Positions 9,206 through 18,415 of a DNA stretch of 52,534 nt are shown one piece after another. The translations under genes were made by a program, and so were the position numbers. The stretch's first letter is position 1. Each line of letters opens with the position of its first letter. The notes beneath the pieces were generated by a model, which was not told where the DNA came from, did no database searches, and worked only from the letters and a program-made list of their open reading frames with translations. This stretch comes from a virus (taxonomy: Duplodnaviria > Caudoviricetes), in the IMG/VR virus record IMGVR_UViG_3300034072_000552, positions 1-52,534 of that record, one strand, 5' to 3'.

Positions 9206-10306
9206 GTGATCACTATTCAAGCACGCAACGTCAACGACGCCCTCTGGGCCGGGGCTTCGATGATCCGGGAGCACGGCGTTGTCGGCGAAAGCCGTAACGG
9301 CCCGGTTCTGCGGGCTCCCTGCCCCGTCACGACCGTCTATCAGGCCCCTATGGAACGGGTGATGTTCCACCCGGAGCGCGACGCAAACCCGTTCTTCCAT
9401 CTGGTCGAAGCCCTGTGGATGATCGCCGGTCGTAACGACCTCAAGACGCTGACACCTTACGTCTCGAATATGACCAACTTCAGCGATGACGGCGGCAAGA
9501 CACAGCCCGGAGCCTATGGCCACCGGTGGCGGGAGCATTTCCAGCTTGATCAGCTGAATTGGGCTGTGCGTCGCCTGAAGGCCGATCCGAATGACCGGCG
9601 CGTTGTCATCCAGATGTACGACGCCGAAGTGGACCAGTACGCAGCTGACAATGGCGGCAAGGACATACCGTGTAACCTGATGGCCTTGCCGGCTATCAAC
9701 GTCTACGGCTCGCTGGACCTGACGGTGTTCAACCGGTCCAATGATATGGTCTGGGGAGCCTACGGCGCCAACGCGGTTCACTTCTCTGTGCTTCAGGAGT
9801 ATCTGGCGGCTCAGATTGGCGTTCCGGTCGGCACCTACTTCCAGGTATCGAACAATTTCCATGCCTACTTGTCCACGCTCGGGAAGGCCGGTATGGATTG
9901 GCCTTGGGGCAAGTTTGCCCTCGGCGAAGTCGCCGGCACGTTCCGGCCCGACCACTACGGCGCAGGCCGGGTGAAGCCCTTCCCTATGTTCGAGCCCGGT
10001 GAAGACCCGCTCTACATCCTCAACGATATCCAGATGTTTCTGGACGATCCGGCCCGGGTCGACATCCGGTCCCCGTTCCTGCGCAAGATCGCCTGCCCGA
10101 TGGTGATGGCGCATCGCGCCTACAAGGCCGGGAAGAATACAACCGGTATCCAGGACGCCCTGGAAATACTGGAACAGATGCCAGCCGACAACGACTGGAG
10201 AGCGGGGGCCACGCTATGGCTCAAGAACCGGGCGGCGGCGCGCTCCCGGGCAGCAGACGATGGAGTGTCGCATGACGCTGCAAATCAAGATGGAGCTTCT
10301 GGCTGA
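9206..10306 (+). CDS. Thymidylate synthase-family dUMP hydroxymethylase (5-hmdUMP synthesis)
   Basis: NPFFHLVEALW, GAYGHRWR, RRVVI, catalytic DIPCN, RSNDMVWGAYGAN (Asn at the U/C specificity position), NNFHAY. Confidence 0.85.
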   Translation: MITIQARNVNDALWAGASMIREHGVVGESRNGPVLRAPCPVTTVYQAPMERVMFHPERDANPFFHLVEALWMIAGRNDLKTLTPYVSNMTNFSDDGGKTQPGAYGHRWREHFQLDQLNWAVRRLKADPNDRRVVIQMYDAEVDQYAADNGGKDIPCNLMALPAINVYGSLDLTVFNRSNDMVWGAYGANAVHFSVLQEYLAAQIGVPVGTYFQVSNNFHAYLSTLGKAGMDWPWGKFALGEVAGTFRPDHYGAGRVKPFPMFEPGEDPLYILNDIQMFLDDPARVDIRSPFLRKIACPMVMAHRAYKAGKNTTGIQDALEILEQMPADNDWRAGATLWLKNRAAARSRAADDGVSHDAANQDGASG

Positions 10307-10445
10307 GGATCGTCAGCCGAAGAACAGCTTTCGCTATGGGTTCAAGTCCGGTGACGCCGGGGTTGAATCCGTCTACATCAAACGGACGGCCTTCAAGTCG
10401 AAGCCGCCGGAAACCATCACGGTGATCATCAATGAAGACACATAA
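10272..10445 (+). CDS. Small hypothetical protein
   Basis: GGAG RBS before ATG 10272; fills the gap. Confidence 0.55.
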   Translation: MTLQIKMELLAEDRQPKNSFRYGFKSGDAGVESVYIKRTAFKSKPPETITVIINEDT

Positions 10446-10863
10446 GATTTACATTGCGGCGAAATATGCCCAGCGGTTTGCGCTGCGAGAAGTCGCTGCG
10501 AAGCTCCAAGCTGCTGGTTACGAAATCACCGGCGGCTGGATTTGGGATGATGAAGCCGCTGGCGACAACATCCAATATCACGCGATCCGCGACGTGGAAG
10601 ACGTTCGCCGCGCTGACACGCTCGTCTTCATCGGCGAGCCGCAGGCCTCCGAGAACCGGGGCGGGGGGCGCTGGTTTGAGTTCGGCTACGCCCACGCTCT
10701 GGGCCACCGCACCATCGCCGTCTTGAACCTGGACCCGACGAAGGGCGGTCACGATCACCTCCCCCCGGGGCACGAGACGGTCTTCACGGCACTTCCGAAC
10801 GTGGAGCTGGTCACCTCCTGGGATGAGCTGGTTGATCATCTCACGCTGGAGGCCAGCCAATGA
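10432..10863 (+). CDS. Nucleoside 2-deoxyribosyltransferase-like protein
   Basis: KIYIA..., DVEDVRRADTLV, GGGRWFEFGYAHALG motif. Confidence 0.75.
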   Translation: MKTHKIYIAAKYAQRFALREVAAKLQAAGYEITGGWIWDDEAAGDNIQYHAIRDVEDVRRADTLVFIGEPQASENRGGGRWFEFGYAHALGHRTIAVLNLDPTKGGHDHLPPGHETVFTALPNVELVTSWDELVDHLTLEASQ

Positions 10864-11255
10864 ACGCTCACGTTGAACAGGTCGGCGGGGATCACTACGA
10901 GGCGGTTTACCAGCATTGGGATTGGGCTGCTGAAACCGGTCTCGGGTATCTGGAAGGTTGCGCCACCAAATACGTCACCCGCTGGCGCAAGAAGGACGGC
11001 GTTCAGGGCCTCAAGAAGGCAATCACCTATCTCCAGAAGGTAAAAGCATTGGGGATTACTTATTGCCCTCCGGCCTTCCGTCGCCCGATGCGCTCTGATC
11101 ATCGCCGGCACCAGTTTCTGCTGTCCAACGGTATTGACTTGGGCTCCACTGACTCGGTCGTCATCACAATGATCGACTGCTGGATGGACCACGACGATAT
11201 TGACCGGGCGATCCATTATCTGGAAAAGATGATTGATGAGGGCCCAGATGCTTGA
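10860..11255 (+). CDS. DUF3310 (T7 gp1.7/SaV-like) putative nucleotide kinase
   Basis: QVGGDHY...GYLEGCATKYVTRWRKKDGVQGLKKAITYL. Confidence 0.75.
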   Translation: MNAHVEQVGGDHYEAVYQHWDWAAETGLGYLEGCATKYVTRWRKKDGVQGLKKAITYLQKVKALGITYCPPAFRRPMRSDHRRHQFLLSNGIDLGSTDSVVITMIDCWMDHDDIDRAIHYLEKMIDEGPDA

Positions 11256-11529
11256 GAATGTCCTCAAGGTCGTCGGCGCTGAGTTCGGGGTTTCCCGGGC
11301 TCAGCTTCTTTCTGCCACCCGGTCGTCACCGGACGTGGCTTGGGCTCGTCAGGTCGCGATGTGGCTCTACTTCCAAGCCGGGGCTCCGTGTAACTACAGC
11401 CTGGTGGGTCGGGAATTTAACCGGGATCGCACAACCGTTCGCCACGCTGTGGCGAAGGCAAACCGCCTCTTGTCCGATCAGGACGCAGATAGACTGGTGA
11501 CCAATGTTCGCGCAATTACCTCTGTTTGA
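11248..11529 (+). CDS. DnaA domain IV-like helix-turn-helix protein
   Basis: EFGVSRAQLLS..RS..VAWARQVAMWL...SLVGREFNRDRTTVRHAV matches the DnaA C-terminal pattern. Confidence 0.75.
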   Translation: MLENVLKVVGAEFGVSRAQLLSATRSSPDVAWARQVAMWLYFQAGAPCNYSLVGREFNRDRTTVRHAVAKANRLLSDQDADRLVTNVRAITSV

Positions 11530-13555
11530 GCCTGAAAGCTCGTGGACCGCCCCGAACCTGAGAGACCTTCCGACCTCCTGGGGCTCGGGGCGTGTCGCGA
11601 TTGATACGGAAAACCGCGACGAGCTTCTGACCAAACTAGGCCCAGGGGTTCGGCGCGGGGCCTACATTGCCGGCATTTCCGTCGCGATTGAAGACGGTCC
11701 GTGCTTTTACCTCCCGATCCGGCACGCCGGGGGCGGCAACCTTCCTCCTGAGCAAGTGCTTGCCTATCTCCGGGATTGCGCCGCGAAGTTTGACGGCATA
11801 CTGGTCGGGGCCAATCTCGGCTATGATCTTGACTTCCTTGAAGAGGAGGGGATCACCTTTCCGAACGTGAAGTGGTTCCGGGATGTTCAGGTGGCCGACC
11901 CGCTCATCAATGAGCTTCACTACAGCTACAGCCTTGAGTCAATCAGCGAGCGCTGGAACCTTCCCGGCAAGGATGAGACCCTATTGCGCGAATCACTCGC
12001 CGCATACGGTTACACAGGCAAGGCCGCTAAAGGCGGTATCTGGGCACTCCCTGCCAAGCTGGTCGGCCCCTACGGCGAGCAGGACACCCGTCTGCCGCTC
12101 CAAATCCTCCGGCGTCAGGAACGCGAGATTGAAAATCAGGACCTCTGGAAGGTCTTCAATCTCGAAAGCCGAGTGCTCCCGGTTCTCGTCAAGATGCGTC
12201 GCCGGGGCGTGAAGGTCAATCAGGACAAACTGGAGCAGGTTGACGCTTGGTCTCGGGCTGAACAGCAGAAGGCGATTGACGCGGCCAACGCGGTTCATTC
12301 CGGTCGGCGTCTCACCTTTCACGACATTACAAACACTGCTGTCCTCGCCTCCGTCCTCCGTGAGCTAGGGATCGACTTGCCAAAGACTGCGAAGTCAGGC
12401 AAAGACAGCGTCACCGCCAAGGTCCTTGATTCACTCAGTCACCCTATCGGTGATCACCTCCGGCGCGCTAAGAAGATGAGCACACTGCGCTCCACCTTCT
12501 GTGATAGCGTCAAGGAGCACTTAACCAACGGTCGGGCTCACTGTACTTTCAATCAGCTGCGCCGTCAGAAGGACGATGAGAGCGGCGAGACGGAAGGCGC
12601 TGCTTTTGGGCGTTTGAGCTCCGCCAACTTCAACTTCCAAAACCAGCCAGCACGCGACCCGGAGATTGGACCCCTGTGGCGGTCGATCTACGAGCCCGAT
12701 CACGACAAGCCTTGGGCTGCACTCGACTACTCACAGCAGGAGCCCAGACAGGCGGTCAACTCGGCGATAGAGACAGGACCGGCGGCAATCGGACAGGCCG
12801 CGTATGAGAGCGCTTGCGAGGCGGCGCGTCGGTATCGGGAAGACCCCACAATGGACTTCCACGATATGATGACCCGTATGATCAACGGCGACGACTACAA
12901 GGAGCGGGAGGGCGAGAAAGCCTTCAGTCAGAAACGCAAGTATGCCAAAAACATATTTCTGGGGCTATCCTACGGTATGGGCGGCGCGAAGCTCTGCGGT
13001 GATTTGGGTCTGCCGTCCGCTTGGCGTCTGACGTGGAAGGAAGGCCGAGTCAGAAAGCAGAAGGACTTTGAAACCTACGGCGAGGTTGTTGCCAAGGCGA
13101 ACGCGGGCCGGGAAGCCGGTTATGATGTGCGCTATTGGGAATGCGCTGGAACGGAAGGTCAAGCCCTGATCGATATGTTCGACCGTCAGGTGCCGTTCGT
13201 CCGCAAGATGGCCAACTATATGCAGAAGCTCGCTGAGAAGCAGGGCTACATCGAAACAATCGGCGGTCGGCGGTGCCGGTTCCCGACGAAAGATGACGGC
13301 AGCTTCGATTGGCTCCACAAGGCGTTCAACCGCCGCATTCAGGGTGGATCGGCTGACCAGACCAAAATGGCGCTCGTTGAGATGGACGCCGCTGGGCTTT
13401 ATGTCCAACTCCAGGTCCACGATGAAATCGACGGGTCAATGACGCCGGAGGAAGCGCGCTTTGGGGCTGAGATCATGGAGAACGTCCTTCAAACCCACGT
13501 ACCATTTAAGGTCGATGTTGAGCTGGGTGAGAGCTGGGGCGCATCAATGGGATGA
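11504..13555 (+). CDS. polA: DNA polymerase, family A, with 3'-5' exonuclease
   Basis: Exo AIDTE / NLGYD; motif A LDYSQQEPR; motif B KNIFLGLSYGMG; motif C QVHDE. Confidence 0.93.
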   Translation: MFAQLPLFEPESSWTAPNLRDLPTSWGSGRVAIDTENRDELLTKLGPGVRRGAYIAGISVAIEDGPCFYLPIRHAGGGNLPPEQVLAYLRDCAAKFDGILVGANLGYDLDFLEEEGITFPNVKWFRDVQVADPLINELHYSYSLESISERWNLPGKDETLLRESLAAYGYTGKAAKGGIWALPAKLVGPYGEQDTRLPLQILRRQEREIENQDLWKVFNLESRVLPVLVKMRRRGVKVNQDKLEQVDAWSRAEQQKAIDAANAVHSGRRLTFHDITNTAVLASVLRELGIDLPKTAKSGKDSVTAKVLDSLSHPIGDHLRRAKKMSTLRSTFCDSVKEHLTNGRAHCTFNQLRRQKDDESGETEGAAFGRLSSANFNFQNQPARDPEIGPLWRSIYEPDHDKPWAALDYSQQEPRQAVNSAIETGPAAIGQAAYESACEAARRYREDPTMDFHDMMTRMINGDDYKEREGEKAFSQKRKYAKNIFLGLSYGMGGAKLCGDLGLPSAWRLTWKEGRVRKQKDFETYGEVVAKANAGREAGYDVRYWECAGTEGQALIDMFDRQVPFVRKMANYMQKLAEKQGYIETIGGRRCRFPTKDDGSFDWLHKAFNRRIQGGSADQTKMALVEMDAAGLYVQLQVHDEIDGSMTPEEARFGAEIMENVLQTHVPFKVDVELGESWGASMG

Positions 13556-13558
13556 GGC

Positions 13559-13587
13559 TAGACCCCGGGCCTAAGCGGGGATAATCT
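13559..13587 (+). promoter_or_regulatory. Promoter with CGGGGATAA box overlapping -10
   Basis: TAGACC-N17-TAATCT; box at 13576-13584. Confidence 0.65.
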
Positions 13588-13609
13588 GAAATCCCAGAAA
13601 GGGAGAACT

Positions 13610-14026
13610 ATGGATATATTCTTCAGAGAAGCCCAAGAGGCGGCTAAATACAGCAGGGACCCGTCCACCAAGGTCGGCGCAGTCGTTCACGACAGAGTGG
13701 GTGTAGTTGGCGTTGGTTGGAACCGGTTCCCGAAGGGCGTGCCAGCGGACTGGTGGCACGACCGCGATAAGAAATATCAGGCGGTCGTTCACGCTGAAGC
13801 CGCAGCCTTGATTTCAGCTGGAAGGCTCGCTGCTGGATCAACGCTCACCGTCACGGCGCACCCCTGTAAAGAATGCGCCAAGCTCATTATCGGGTTCGGC
13901 ATCAAATGCGTCGTGTGTCCGCCGGGACCGTGGCGGGACGATCCGGCGGTGATCGAAACCGTGGAAAAGGCGGCTGAGCTGTTCAAGCTCTGTGGCGTTG
14001 AAGTGAGGGCTCCCGATGCCGAGTGA
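13610..14026 (+). CDS. dCMP deaminase
   Basis: SRDPSTKVGAV, GWN, HAE, PCKECAK Zn motif. Confidence 0.9.
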   Translation: MDIFFREAQEAAKYSRDPSTKVGAVVHDRVGVVGVGWNRFPKGVPADWWHDRDKKYQAVVHAEAAALISAGRLAAGSTLTVTAHPCKECAKLIIGFGIKCVVCPPGPWRDDPAVIETVEKAAELFKLCGVEVRAPDAE

Positions 14027-14441
14027 ATCACAGCAGTGGGACGCGCTGCGAGCCCCGATGCTTCATTATAAGCTGGACCCGGTGCGCGTGGAAAACCCCG
14101 CGTTCCCGGGGACCCCGGACGTCAATTTCAAGGAAGGCTGGTTTGAGCTGAAACACGCCGACCGCTGGCCGCCCCGGGGCGGTCCCCTCCGGCTCAAACA
14201 CCCCCCGACCCCTCAGCAGAAGGCGTGGCTGTATCGCCGGTGGCATTCCGGCGGCTTCGTCTTCCTTGTATTGCGGGTCGGCAAGGAATGGTTCGTGTTC
14301 GAAGGCTGGAAGGTTCGGCTGGTCTGGGTCCACGGAACCGACGCGCCGACTGAAGAAACGATAAGGCGCGAATGTTACCGCGTCTTTCAAAACCCGACCG
14401 ATCTTGCCTTCTGGGCTTCTTGTTACAAGAGAACAAAATGA
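14016..14441 (+). CDS. PD-(D/E)xK nuclease (VRR-NUC / Holliday junction resolvase-like)
   Basis: RVEN..PGTPDV....WFELK; Q..W..RR...GG. Confidence 0.75.
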   Translation: MPSESQQWDALRAPMLHYKLDPVRVENPAFPGTPDVNFKEGWFELKHADRWPPRGGPLRLKHPPTPQQKAWLYRRWHSGGFVFLVLRVGKEWFVFEGWKVRLVWVHGTDAPTEETIRRECYRVFQNPTDLAFWASCYKRTK

Positions 14442-16831
14442 CTATCAAGGGGAATACATCCGAATCAATCCAGTTTCTTCAGGCCTGGGCTCCAGAAGAC
14501 AACTGGCAGCTGACCGCTATTGTGCCGGACGGTAAAATCATCACCCAGACGTTCGCCCCCGGCGACGAACGCGCCAAGAACGCTCGTAAATGGATTGACG
14601 ACCGACAAGGCCGTGAAAACATATATTTCACGGTCAACCCGCTGATCCGGGCAATGAACGCGAAGCCCAAGAAGGAAGATATGCGCGGCATGTCGGCCTT
14701 GCACGTCGATATCGACCCACGCCCCGGTGAGGATATGGAGAGCGAGCGCAAGCGCGCCCTCAAGCTGCTGCGCGAGTTCAAGCCTGCCCCGACCGTCATC
14801 ATTGACTCAGGCGGCGGCTATCAGGGCTTCTGGCTGCTGGATCAGGAGCACAAGACTGATGGAGACCTTGACCGGTCGGCTGAGCTGGAGGCATACAATC
14901 TCCAGATCGAAGTGCTGACTCAGGCTGATTCGTGTCACAACATCGACCGCATCATGCGCCTCCCCGGCACGTTGAACGTCCCCAACGCCAAGAAGCGCAA
15001 GAAGGGGCGCGAGGTCTACCTTGCCCGGGTCGTGGAGGCTGAGTGGGATCGGGTCTATTCCCTGAAGCAGTTCACGCCTGCCGCTCGCGTCCAATCCCCC
15101 GGGGGCGGCTCCACTGGCGGCGGTCAGCAGGTGCGGATCAGCGGCAACCTGCCGTCAATCGACCTTGAAGACCTACCCATAACCGTTTCAGCCCGCACAA
15201 AGGCTCTGATTGTCAATGGCGACGATCCCGACGACCCGACGCGGTGGGGCTCCCGATCCGAAGCGACTTGGCACGTGATGTGCGAGCTGGTGCGCAACGG
15301 CTGCTCTGATGATCAGATTGCGGCTATCTTCCTGGACCCGGACTATGGGATCAGTGGACACGTTCTAGATCAGCCCCGGCCCCAGCAATATCTGGGTCGT
15401 CAACTCCAGCGCGCCAAGGAAGACGCAATTGACCCTTGGCTGCGTAAACTCAACGAGGAGCACGCCGTCATTGAGGATATCGGCGGTAAATGCCGCGTGG
15501 TGTCTGAGGTCTTCGACCCGGCCTTGAAGCGGCCCCGGCTTTCGCGTCAATCGTTCGATGACTTCCGCAATCGCTATATGCATATACAGGTTGTTGTGGG
15601 TCAGGATAAGGACGGCAATGACGTGCGCAAGCCCTTGGGCAAGTGGTGGCTCGAAAACCCGAACCGGCGGCAGTACAAGTCAATCGTCTTCGCCCCCGGC
15701 AAGGAGGTTTCTGACAGCTACAACTTGTGGCAGGGCTTCTCGTGCGAGGCCAAGCCGGGGGACTGTGAATTGCTATTGACGCACATCAAGGAGAACGTTT
15801 GCCGGGGCAACGAGGTTCACAGCGAATACATCTTGAACTGGATGGCTCGCGCCGTTCAGACGCCAGATAGCCCCGGCCAAGTTGCGCTCGTGTTGCGAGG
15901 CCGAATGGGTACGGGTAAAGGCGTCGTCTTCAAGCATTTCGGATCGCTCTGGGGCCGGCACTATCTTCACGTGTCCGATCCGAAGCACCTTGTGGGTTCG
16001 TTCAACGCCCACCTTCGGGATTGCGTCGTGTTATTTGCTGACGAAGCCTTCTATGCCGGCGACAAGAAGCACGAAAGCATTATGAAGACGCTGGTCACTG
16101 AAGAAATGATAATGACCGAAAGCAAGGGCGTGGACGCTGAAGCCGCCCCCAACTACGTCCACCTTGGGATGGCATCAAACGATACGTGGGTTGTCCCCGC
16201 CGGGGCCGACGAGCGGCGGTATTGCTTGATTGATGTCGGCGACGGCGCTATGCAGAACGGGGCTTACTTCGCCGCGATCCAGAAGCAGATGGACAATGGG
16301 GGCCGGGAAGCCTTCTTACACTTCCTCGTCACCCGAGACCTGAGCGGCTTCGACGTTCGAAAATTCCCGAAGACCGAAGCCCTTCAGGAGCAGAAGGTGC
16401 TGTCCATGAGCCCAGAGGAGCAGTGGTGGTTCGAAAAGCTCAACGAAGGGCACCTGACTGGCGACGACTGGAAATCTGAAGTCCCTAAGCTGGACCTCCA
16501 GAAGGATTATCTGGCCTATTGCGACCGTCAGAAGATCAACCGCCGCGTTTCCCCGACCGCTCTGGGCAAGTTTCTCAAGCGCGTCCTCCCGGACATCTTC
16601 CCGCAGACCTTCCAGAAGGTAGCTGAGGTGGAGGTTATGGACCGCTTTGGACACCCAGTCTACCGGAAGTCCAAGATTTGGTTCTACGGCTTCCCGGCGC
16701 TGGACAGGGCTCGCGCTCACTTTGATGAGCGGTTCGGTGGTCCATATCAGTGGCCGAACGTGAATGAGGCCATGGACGAGACGGAAATGCAGGGTCAGCT
16801 CGGGGAGACCGAAAGTGACACGCCGTTTTGA
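14438..16831 (+). CDS. Primase-helicase (RepB/prim-pol-like N-terminus, D5/SF3-like helicase C-terminus)
   Basis: HVDID, SGGGYQGFW, RIMRLPGT; helicase GRMGTGKG, FADE, ASN, ERRY. Confidence 0.85.
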   Translation: MTIKGNTSESIQFLQAWAPEDNWQLTAIVPDGKIITQTFAPGDERAKNARKWIDDRQGRENIYFTVNPLIRAMNAKPKKEDMRGMSALHVDIDPRPGEDMESERKRALKLLREFKPAPTVIIDSGGGYQGFWLLDQEHKTDGDLDRSAELEAYNLQIEVLTQADSCHNIDRIMRLPGTLNVPNAKKRKKGREVYLARVVEAEWDRVYSLKQFTPAARVQSPGGGSTGGGQQVRISGNLPSIDLEDLPITVSARTKALIVNGDDPDDPTRWGSRSEATWHVMCELVRNGCSDDQIAAIFLDPDYGISGHVLDQPRPQQYLGRQLQRAKEDAIDPWLRKLNEEHAVIEDIGGKCRVVSEVFDPALKRPRLSRQSFDDFRNRYMHIQVVVGQDKDGNDVRKPLGKWWLENPNRRQYKSIVFAPGKEVSDSYNLWQGFSCEAKPGDCELLLTHIKENVCRGNEVHSEYILNWMARAVQTPDSPGQVALVLRGRMGTGKGVVFKHFGSLWGRHYLHVSDPKHLVGSFNAHLRDCVVLFADEAFYAGDKKHESIMKTLVTEEMIMTESKGVDAEAAPNYVHLGMASNDTWVVPAGADERRYCLIDVGDGAMQNGAYFAAIQKQMDNGGREAFLHFLVTRDLSGFDVRKFPKTEALQEQKVLSMSPEEQWWFEKLNEGHLTGDDWKSEVPKLDLQKDYLAYCDRQKINRRVSPTALGKFLKRVLPDIFPQTFQKVAEVEVMDRFGHPVYRKSKIWFYGFPALDRARAHFDERFGGPYQWPNVNEAMDETEMQGQLGETESDTPF

Positions 16832-17057
16832 TTGCGTCGATATCTTGAAAAAGGAATTGGAGGCTGTTGGGGCCTCCTATCGGATCGAAGTGAAGAAACA
16901 CGCGAAGGTGTGGATCAATCACAACGGCAAAGACCATCTGTATTGTTGCGGCATCACGACCGGGGCGACAAACAGATCAATGGAAAACACGCGAGCGGGG
17001 ATAAGACGCTTGCTCCGTCAACTCGGGTTGCTTGCCTCCAAGCAGAACCGGGGATAA
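16815..17057 (+). CDS. Small basic protein, possibly HicA-like fold
   Basis: GGGGAG RBS and GTG; KKHAKV beta-hairpin and terminal IRRLLRQLG helix. Confidence 0.5.
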   Translation: MTRRFDCVDILKKELEAVGASYRIEVKKHAKVWINHNGKDHLYCCGITTGATNRSMENTRAGIRRLLRQLGLLASKQNRG

Positions 17058-17060
17058 GGT
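17032..17060 (+). promoter_or_regulatory. Promoter with CGGGGATAA box overlapping -10
   Basis: TTGCCT-N17-TAAGGT; box at 17049-17057, second box at 16996-17004. Confidence 0.65.
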
Positions 17061-17082
17061 AGCGCCAGAAAAGGAGAACTAA

Positions 17083-17871
17083 ATGGCACCTTCTATTAAA
17101 CTCACAGACAAAGCGCACCAGAGGGTGCGTGAATTCATCGAAGCGGGTTTTGCGGTCGGCGAAGACCGTCAACTTGCTTCCGACCTCCAAGCCCTGCTTC
17201 AGCTCCACGACGAGGTTCACGAAGTCAAGGGCAAGGAGACGGCCCAGGGGCGCGTCAACCGTCTGACGCAGGCACTGAACTGCGCTCTGACCCTGACGCC
17301 TGATCTGCGGATCGCGTCTATTGGGACGCGGGTTGAAGTGCGACCCGCTAAGGGTCACTATTACGACCCGGGTCTGGATCACGTCGCCGAATTTGCGGAG
17401 GCGTTCGGGGCTTACGTGAGCCCTGAGACGGTCGTGCCGGATTACGGACCCGTGGCGGCTGTACACCTTCGGGGGTATTGCTCGGTAGCTAAAGCTCTGG
17501 GCGAAGACCTCAAGGCTTACGCGGCTGAATGCCTTGAGTACAACGATGAGGGCGGGGCTCTTGCTTTGATCCGCCTTCAGCTCTGCCAGGAGGAGCTTGC
17601 TGAGCTGGCGCAGGGCATTATCAACCGGGATATCGTGGAGTGCCTTGACGCTCTGACTGATATGTCCTACGTCTGTGACGGCACCTACCTGACCCTGGGT
17701 CTCGGCCACTACAAGCTCGCGGCCTATGCGGAGGTTCACGCCTCCAATATGTCGAAGCTGGGGCCGGACGGCAAGCCGATATTTTGCGACGCGGGCCGGG
17801 TCGTCAAGGGGCCGAACTATGTGAAACCGGACCTGAGCGGCGTGCTCGGGATGAACGAGGAGGAACGGTGA
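17083..17871 (+). CDS. MazG-like / PRA-PH family NTP pyrophosphohydrolase (candidate dUTPase/dTTPase) with large insertion
   Basis: QEELAEL...ECLDALTDMSYV...EVHASNMSKL..DGKP....GRVVKGPNY..PDL. Confidence 0.8.
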   Translation: MAPSIKLTDKAHQRVREFIEAGFAVGEDRQLASDLQALLQLHDEVHEVKGKETAQGRVNRLTQALNCALTLTPDLRIASIGTRVEVRPAKGHYYDPGLDHVAEFAEAFGAYVSPETVVPDYGPVAAVHLRGYCSVAKALGEDLKAYAAECLEYNDEGGALALIRLQLCQEELAELAQGIINRDIVECLDALTDMSYVCDGTYLTLGLGHYKLAAYAEVHASNMSKLGPDGKPIFCDAGRVVKGPNYVKPDLSGVLGMNEEER

Positions 17872-18206
17872 TGGGCGACCATTATGGAAGACACGAGATT
17901 GAGGCCGACCGGCGGAAAGACGCCGGGAAGCCAGAGGCCCCGGCTAATGAAGCTTTCTTCAGATATCCGAAATCTGAAAAACGGGTATCGCTCCGGGAGC
18001 GCGCTGCCCGGGCTCAGCTCACGGAATTTCAGAACGATCTGCGCGGTATGTCGTTCAAGAAGATGAAGACGGAGCTGGACGGCGTCACCCGTCAGATCGA
18101 AGAACTGGAACCTTGGCAGGAGGCTCTGACCTTTGCCCTGGAGTTCCCCGACCTGCTGCGAGAAATCGTGGACGGGGTTACGGTGAGCGGGGAGGAGCAG
18201 AAATGA
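17871..18206 (+). CDS. Hypothetical protein
   Basis: GAGGAGG RBS; TGATG coupling. Confidence 0.65.
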   Translation: MGDHYGRHEIEADRRKDAGKPEAPANEAFFRYPKSEKRVSLRERAARAQLTEFQNDLRGMSFKKMKTELDGVTRQIEELEPWQEALTFALEFPDLLREIVDGVTVSGEEQK

Positions 18207-18415
18207 AGATCGCCTTCTGGGCTTACATCTACATGTGCGTTGGTCTCGGGATCACGGTTGTCGTTGACAAGCGCAACGGCGGAACGTTCGGCAACCGTGA
18301 CTACATCATCGGCGTCGCAAGCTGGCCTGCGCTCGTTTCCGGCCAGCTCTTTATCAACCTGACGCAACCGGCGGCGAAGACCGTCAAGCGCGGTTTCAGC
18401 ATTGGAGACGTGTGA
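18203..18415 (+). CDS. Small membrane protein
   Basis: GGAGGAG RBS; two hydrophobic segments, WP motif. Confidence 0.6.
   Translation: MKIAFWAYIYMCVGLGITVVVDKRNGGTFGNRDYIIGVASWPALVSGQLFINLTQPAAKTVKRGFSIGDV

Noticed and set aside
9206-10306. Cytosine hydroxymethylase (5-hmdC pathway)
   Set aside because: The specificity residue is Asn rather than Asp, and the phage encodes a dCMP deaminase plus 5-hmdU-type modifying enzymes.
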